From Elusimicrobiota bacterium (GTDB taxonomy: Bacteria > Elusimicrobiota > Elusimicrobia > UBA1565), in assembly GCA_043827405.1 (NCBI GenBank), contig JBDRPD010000039.1, positions 32,001 to 96,000 of the forward strand: a stretch of 64,000 bases of DNA, in the 5' to 3' direction. The notes beneath the pieces were generated by a model. The model saw nothing but the letters and a program-made list of their open reading frames with translations, was not told the DNA's origin and made no database searches. Below, one piece after another: positions 59,675 to 64,000 of the stretch. Positions within the stretch are counted from its first letter, which is position 1; each line of letters starts with the position of its first letter. The position numbers and the translations under genes are program-made.

Positions 59675-60286
59675 CTAGGGCTTGGGAAGAGATGGCGCCC
59701 CGGAGGCCCTCAGCCATTCCCAGAAATCAGGATTGAGCTGGTAGTAATAGGGCCGCATGGGGGGTTCCGAAAATTCCAAAAACAACTCACCGTATTCGCG
59801 CATCACCTTCTTTTGCCTGTAGGAAGGCGGCTCTTTGGCGGCGTAGATTACGGACACTTTTTCGCTGTAGAGGTAGAGTCGGTCCAAAAGTGCGTGAAAT
59901 TTCTTCGTCGAATGCCGCTTGGCCTTATCCTCAATCGATGTGCCGGGCAGCTCATGCAATTCTCCAGGAATCCGCCGACAATACGATATCGAGCCGCCCG
60001 CGGTTTCAAACATCGCCTCTCCGAGCGGTTTATGAAGCTGAATACTTTTTTTGACGCGTCTAATCGGATAGTAAAAGAGTTTAAACTGCGCACCGCCCGC
60101 CTCCCCCGTTGGCACCGGCCAGGAAGGTGACCATTCCATCGGGATGACGGCACTGCACGGAGGCTCGCCATAAAGACCGTTCACGATGCGTTTTAGATTA
60201 TTCGACACAATAGAGTCTGACCCTCTCCAGCCAGAGCAGGACATAAGAAATACCAGTACAGCCAGAATAAATAGACTTTTTCTCAT
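59675..60286 (-). CDS. Hypothetical lipoprotein, candidate partner or immunity protein
   Basis: Lipobox LMSC; ATGA overlap with the upstream peptidase; AT-richer than its surroundings. Confidence 0.7.
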   Translation of the reverse strand: MRKSLFILAVLVFLMSCSGWRGSDSIVSNNLKRIVNGLYGEPPCSAVIPMEWSPSWPVPTGEAGGAQFKLFYYPIRRVKKSIQLHKPLGEAMFETAGGSISYCRRIPGELHELPGTSIEDKAKRHSTKKFHALLDRLYLYSEKVSVIYAAKEPPSYRQKKVMREYGELFLEFSEPPMRPYYYQLNPDFWEWLRASGAPSLPKP

Positions 60287-61986
60287 TGGACTTCCGTGAA
60301 CCGTCCTCCTCTTATCTTGTAAGCTTTTCGGAATTTCCCCACGGGGACGAATCCCGCTCCCTTTGGAGGATCATCGCCGCTATCATTATAGTAGTAGCCC
60401 AGCACCTTCCCCGTCTTTTTTGAAACTTCGACTCCAGTCACTAGGATCGAATGACCCATCGCTCGCTGTGAGCTCTCCATTCCCCACAGCCACCGGGCAT
60501 CCACGCTAGCGATGGCCATTTTCCCATTAAGAACTGCTTTATCAAACTCCTCGAGACCCACTTTGTCATGCTTAGTGACTATAAGGCCGTGATCGACGAG
60601 CATGCTTCCAGCGTACTGAAACGCAGTCCCGCCTCTAAAATACGCCTTCCTTATCGCTTCCTCGCGCAAGCGCAATTCATTCGCCTTAGGATCGCCCTTC
60701 TTAATAAACCCATGAGCTTCGAGGACTTGCTGCTGAGTCACCAGAGCGCAAGTGTCATTTTCTTGCTCGTGCACTAAACCGGCATACCGCGCCGGATCAC
60801 CCACCGTCTGGGTCAGCCCCTTGCGGCGCATCGCGTCGATCTTCTTGCGCTCACCCTTAAAGCCGGAGAGGCGAAGAAACGCGTCAAAAGCGCCATCCGG
60901 CCCCTTTTCTTCGATCGAGGGCGGCGATATCGTATCGCCCTTTTTCCCAAACAGCGGCGGTACGGAGCCGGGAATATCCAACAGCGTCTTCTTCGGTTCC
61001 GCGTTAATTAGTGGATGATTAATGCGCGTATGCTCTCGCGCTGCGGCATTAATAATGCCGGTTGCGGACATCGAATCCGTGCGTTTCGCGAACGGATTAT
61101 TGAACCTGGCCAGATTGATCTTCCCGATCGTTCTCCCGGGAGCTTCCACTTCCTTCCCCGCATCATCCTCAACGGAAGGATTATATACCCGGCTCAAGTC
61201 CAGCCTTGGGGACGGCTCCTTTCGGGTACGCCGCTGCAGCAGGATCAGTCGGTCGCGCAGCTTCCCCAACTCGATCGCGATCTTATTGGCCGCAATCCTC
61301 TTTTCCCTCAGCGGCCCCGCCTTCTTCTTGTCATCCCCCAGGGTGAAAGAATGATCAATCAGTCCCGACAGAGGCTGGAAGTCCGTAAAAACCGCATGCC
61401 CTTCCGTGCCCAAAGAGTCGACGCTTTCAGCCGCCTTTGCCTCTTGCATCACGCCGCCTTTCGCGACCGCATCCTCCAAAGCCTGAGTTTGATTCTGCAA
61501 TCCTTCTATCCTCGCGGCAAGTCCCCGCAGCTTCGCATCAACGGAAGCATCGACCTGTTCAACCAGCGGCGGCTCGCTGTCATTGATCAGCGAAAACAGC
61601 CATATCGGCCGCGTATCCGCCTTAGGCAGGTCAAAGAAACGGCGGACGATGACCGTATAATCTGCGGACAGGTCCTTGAGCTTCTCGGTTTCGCACGGGG
61701 TGGTTGCGCACTCCCTTATGCGCTGGGAGATCGTCAACGCTTTTGAGAAAACGCCGCGGGTGGACTCGCAGGCCGGCGTCCATTTCGCGCACGCTTCTCG
61801 CAAATCGTGCAGGGTAAGGCGCGCATATTCGCAGGGCTTCGCCGGCCAGACGGCGCATAAGGCCTCCGTCTCTTTTGTTTCACCGGCTAAGGGGTCCGCC
61901 GCGGCGGCAGAGTTGAGGAGGGGATCCGCCCATAGCGGATCGCTTACGAGGAGAACGCAAAGTAGCAGGCGGAGGAGGGGCCGCAT
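60283..61986 (-). CDS. Secreted protein with Cys-rich helical N-terminus and C-terminal papain-like (C39-like) peptidase domain
   Basis: Signal peptide MRPLLRLLL..WA; QENDTCAL, GHSILVTG, YYNDSG (Cys-His-Asp order); TTGAAT-17-TATCCT promoter upstream. Confidence 0.75.
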   Translation of the reverse strand: MRPLLRLLLCVLLVSDPLWADPLLNSAAAADPLAGETKETEALCAVWPAKPCEYARLTLHDLREACAKWTPACESTRGVFSKALTISQRIRECATTPCETEKLKDLSADYTVIVRRFFDLPKADTRPIWLFSLINDSEPPLVEQVDASVDAKLRGLAARIEGLQNQTQALEDAVAKGGVMQEAKAAESVDSLGTEGHAVFTDFQPLSGLIDHSFTLGDDKKKAGPLREKRIAANKIAIELGKLRDRLILLQRRTRKEPSPRLDLSRVYNPSVEDDAGKEVEAPGRTIGKINLARFNNPFAKRTDSMSATGIINAAAREHTRINHPLINAEPKKTLLDIPGSVPPLFGKKGDTISPPSIEEKGPDGAFDAFLRLSGFKGERKKIDAMRRKGLTQTVGDPARYAGLVHEQENDTCALVTQQQVLEAHGFIKKGDPKANELRLREEAIRKAYFRGGTAFQYAGSMLVDHGLIVTKHDKVGLEEFDKAVLNGKMAIASVDARWLWGMESSQRAMGHSILVTGVEVSKKTGKVLGYYYNDSGDDPPKGAGFVPVGKFRKAYKIRGGRFTEVQ

Positions 61987-62104
61987 TGCTCGGGAACCTT
62001 TCCTTGGGAGGATAACCCCAGCAGGGCCGACATTCAAGGGGAAATTTACGGCGCGGCGAATTTTCTGCAACGAATTGTGAAATCAGCTCCGCGCAAGCAG
62101 CTGC

Positions 62105-62392
62105 CTATTCTCGGCAGCGTTTCTCCATCTCGGCGTAGATCGTCCGGCGGTGCAGGACGGCCCAGACGAGGACCTTCCGTTTCTGTACCTGATAGGCGAT
62201 GCGGTAGTGTCCGGTGCGGATGCGGCGCAGCCCGCGCAAACTGCCGCCGAGGGGTTTGCCATACTTTTCGGGGCTTTGCGTCAGCCGCTGTTTTATTGCC
62301 CTAAGAATCTTCTGCTGGGCGCCGCGCCCAAGGCCGCGGATATCTCCTTCGACTTCGGGACGGAAGAAGATGACGTAGGCGTCAGCGACCAA
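62105..62392 (-). CDS. RelE/ParE family toxin
   Basis: GKPLGGSLRGLRRIRTGHYRIAY, VLHRR.IY; overlaps the antitoxin end. Confidence 0.92.
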   Translation of the reverse strand: MVADAYVIFFRPEVEGDIRGLGRGAQQKILRAIKQRLTQSPEKYGKPLGGSLRGLRRIRTGHYRIAYQVQKRKVLVWAVLHRRTIYAEMEKRCRE

Positions 62393-62615
62393 GACGCTTT
62401 TCCATACCCTTGAGGGTGAGGGGTTTCGCGGACCTGGCCGCGCGTTCCTCGACGATCTTTTCCAAGGTCACGTCCTCGAGGCGTTCGAGGGCCTCGCGTA
62501 TGAGATCGCGGGCCTTGGTGGACATGGAGACTCCGTCCTCTCCGGCCAGCGCAGCGACGGCCTCATAGAGGGGGCCTTCAAGCATAACCTGGAGGCGCGG
62601 ATTCTTGGTCGGCAT
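62382..62615 (-). CDS. Ribbon-helix-helix antitoxin
   Basis: MPTKNPRLQVML beta strand, GVSMSTKARDLIREALE; upstream of RelE. Confidence 0.88.
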   Translation of the reverse strand: MPTKNPRLQVMLEGPLYEAVAALAGEDGVSMSTKARDLIREALERLEDVTLEKIVEERAARSAKPLTLKGMEKRLGR

Positions 62616-62626
62616 GGGACTAATAT

Positions 62627-62655
62627 AGTGTACCATAAGTGGTGAACCACGTCAA
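62627..62655 (-). promoter_or_regulatory. Sigma70 promoter of the TA operon with palindromic operator
   Basis: TTGACG-17-TACACT; GTGGT-N2-ACCAC at 62639-62650 between the boxes. Confidence 0.8.
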
Positions 62656-62752
62656 GGGTCGTCTGCGCGCAGGGGCCTTCCCATAGATACGCTTCAGGCG
62701 AGTATTAGTTCCATACAGCGTTCCTGTTTCTTAATTGATACCATCTCACCCC

Positions 62753-63637
62753 ATGAAGAAGCTCGTCTGCGGCGCCCTTATCATCTCCTTCGCTCCGATC
62801 CTCGTCAAAGCCGCGAGCCTCGGCCCCACCGCCATCGCATTCTATCGCTGCGCCGCCGCCACCATGGTCATGCTCGTCCTGCTGGCCGTCATCCCCAAAA
62901 TGCGTCCGGACAGAGCGCGGATGCCGGACCCGAAGGTTCTTGTCTTCTGTCTCGGTTCCGGCTTGTTCTTCGCCCTCGATCTCTTCGTCTGGCATCGCTC
63001 TCTGGTCTGGACCGGCGCCGGCATGGGGACCATTCTCGCCAATACCCAGGTCTTCTACGTCGCGGCCATCGGCATCCTTTTTTATAAAGAAGCGGTCACT
63101 GTGCGCTTTATGATCGCCGTTCCCGCCGCCTTTATCGGCGTCTATCTCCTCGCCGCCTATCAGGCTCCGGCGCTGCGGGGGGAGAACTACCTTCTCGGCG
63201 TCGTCTGCGGCCTGACCACCGGCTTTATGTATACCGGATTTCTCGTCCTGCTCAGAAAGGCCGAGCTCCTCCTGGGAGAGAAAGGGACGCTGTGGAACCT
63301 CACCTGGATGTCGGGAAGCGCCGGCGTCTTCCTGCTGCTGTTTGCCTTGGGCGAAGGGACCCTCACCGTGCCGCGCGGCCAGGACCTTCTGTGGCTTATG
63401 CTTCTCGGCGTCGGCCCCCAGACCTGCGGCTGGCTGCTGATCACCGCCGGGCTGGCCGAGGTCCCCATTTCCAAGGCCGGGCTGGTGCTGCTGCTGCAGC
63501 CGACTTTGGCGACCGTCATGGGGGCGCTGATCTATGGAGAGCGCTTCGCGGCGGTGCAGGTTATCGGCGCGCTGCTGACTATCGGAGCGATCTACCTGGG
63601 GATAACGAGGGATATCGGCCGCGCAAGCAATCCCTGA
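62753..63637 (+). CDS. DMT/EamA family transporter
   Basis: About 10 TM, two EamA halves (AFYR, ANTQV, LLLQP..A); TACCAT 8 nt before ATG. Confidence 0.9.
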   Translation: MKKLVCGALIISFAPILVKAASLGPTAIAFYRCAAATMVMLVLLAVIPKMRPDRARMPDPKVLVFCLGSGLFFALDLFVWHRSLVWTGAGMGTILANTQVFYVAAIGILFYKEAVTVRFMIAVPAAFIGVYLLAAYQAPALRGENYLLGVVCGLTTGFMYTGFLVLLRKAELLLGEKGTLWNLTWMSGSAGVFLLLFALGEGTLTVPRGQDLLWLMLLGVGPQTCGWLLITAGLAEVPISKAGLVLLLQPTLATVMGALIYGERFAAVQVIGALLTIGAIYLGITRDIGRASNP

Positions 63638-63706
63638 ACCGGCTGTGATTGTGCGGCCGTTTTAGAATGGTGTAGCATACAGTCACTCTCCCAGGGAGAT
63701 GCCCCC

Positions 63707-64000
63707 ATGAAACCAAGAACAACTTTACCGATCTGCATGGTCTTTTTCGCGCAGGTATTTGCGGGCTGTTTTGCGCCTAAGCAGAACACCGGACAGCTGA
63801 TCAAGCAGATCCAGGCTGCGGCGGTCACTACAAATGCCGATTCGCCGTACAAGGACCTCACCGTCGGGGTGGTCCAGTCCAAAAATACGATAAAGAATAT
63901 GGCGCGCAGCAGGGCGAAATGGAACGCGTCGCATTTTACGGTGATCCTTAAGACCGAGATGGAGGGGTACTGGACAATTCTTAAGCGCAATTTTAAGTCG
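63707..64000 (+). CDS. Hypothetical lipoprotein (3'-truncated by window edge)
   Basis: MKPRTTLPICMVFFAQVFAGC lipobox, GGAG SD, frame open to the window end. Confidence 0.65.
   Translation, partial: MKPRTTLPICMVFFAQVFAGCFAPKQNTGQLIKQIQAAAVTTNADSPYKDLTVGVVQSKNTIKNMARSRAKWNASHFTVILKTEMEGYWTILKRNFKS

Noticed and set aside
59620..62700. Integrated mobile element around the TA pair
   Set aside because: No integrase, transposase, tRNA target or flanking direct repeats seen.

Overview
A 64 kb, GC-rich, gene-dense bacterial chromosome segment with about 55 genes. I saw no rRNA, tRNA, CRISPR array, integrase or transposase. The organism is diderm (Omp85, beta-barrel protein, lipoproteins); protein style suggests Elusimicrobiota, which is my impression and not proven. 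Recognisable content: the end of a Pel exopolysaccharide operon (pelF, pelG); a surface-glycan modification cluster (asnB-type amidotransferase, two B12-radical SAM enzymes, GT2, glf); a probable sphingolipid operon (serine palmitoyltransferase, bCerS-like GNAT, flippase-like protein, CDP-alcohol phosphotransferase); carbon metabolism genes (ppdK, class II aldolase, ackA, glgP); cls; a RelE/RHH toxin-antitoxin pair; and a C39-like peptidase with a coupled lipoprotein. The main candidate for an undescribed system involves five dispersed genes: PPK2, a nucleotidyltransferase, an MFS transporter, an HD-GYP/DUF2062 protein and an M15 peptidase. They encode unrelated cargo domains behind a related N-terminal leader: signal peptide, low-complexity linker, and in four of the five an (F/W)D(G/N) motif. 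The same five share an upstream DNA architecture: two GGNC-N4-GNCC-like boxes 22-24 bp apart, the proximal one starting exactly 36 bp before a -10 hexamer that lies 6-8 nt before the start codon. The match is partial for the MFS gene. This looks like a co-regulated set of exported, possibly effector, proteins. Leaderless promoters are common throughout. All family calls come from motif recognition by eye, without database searches.
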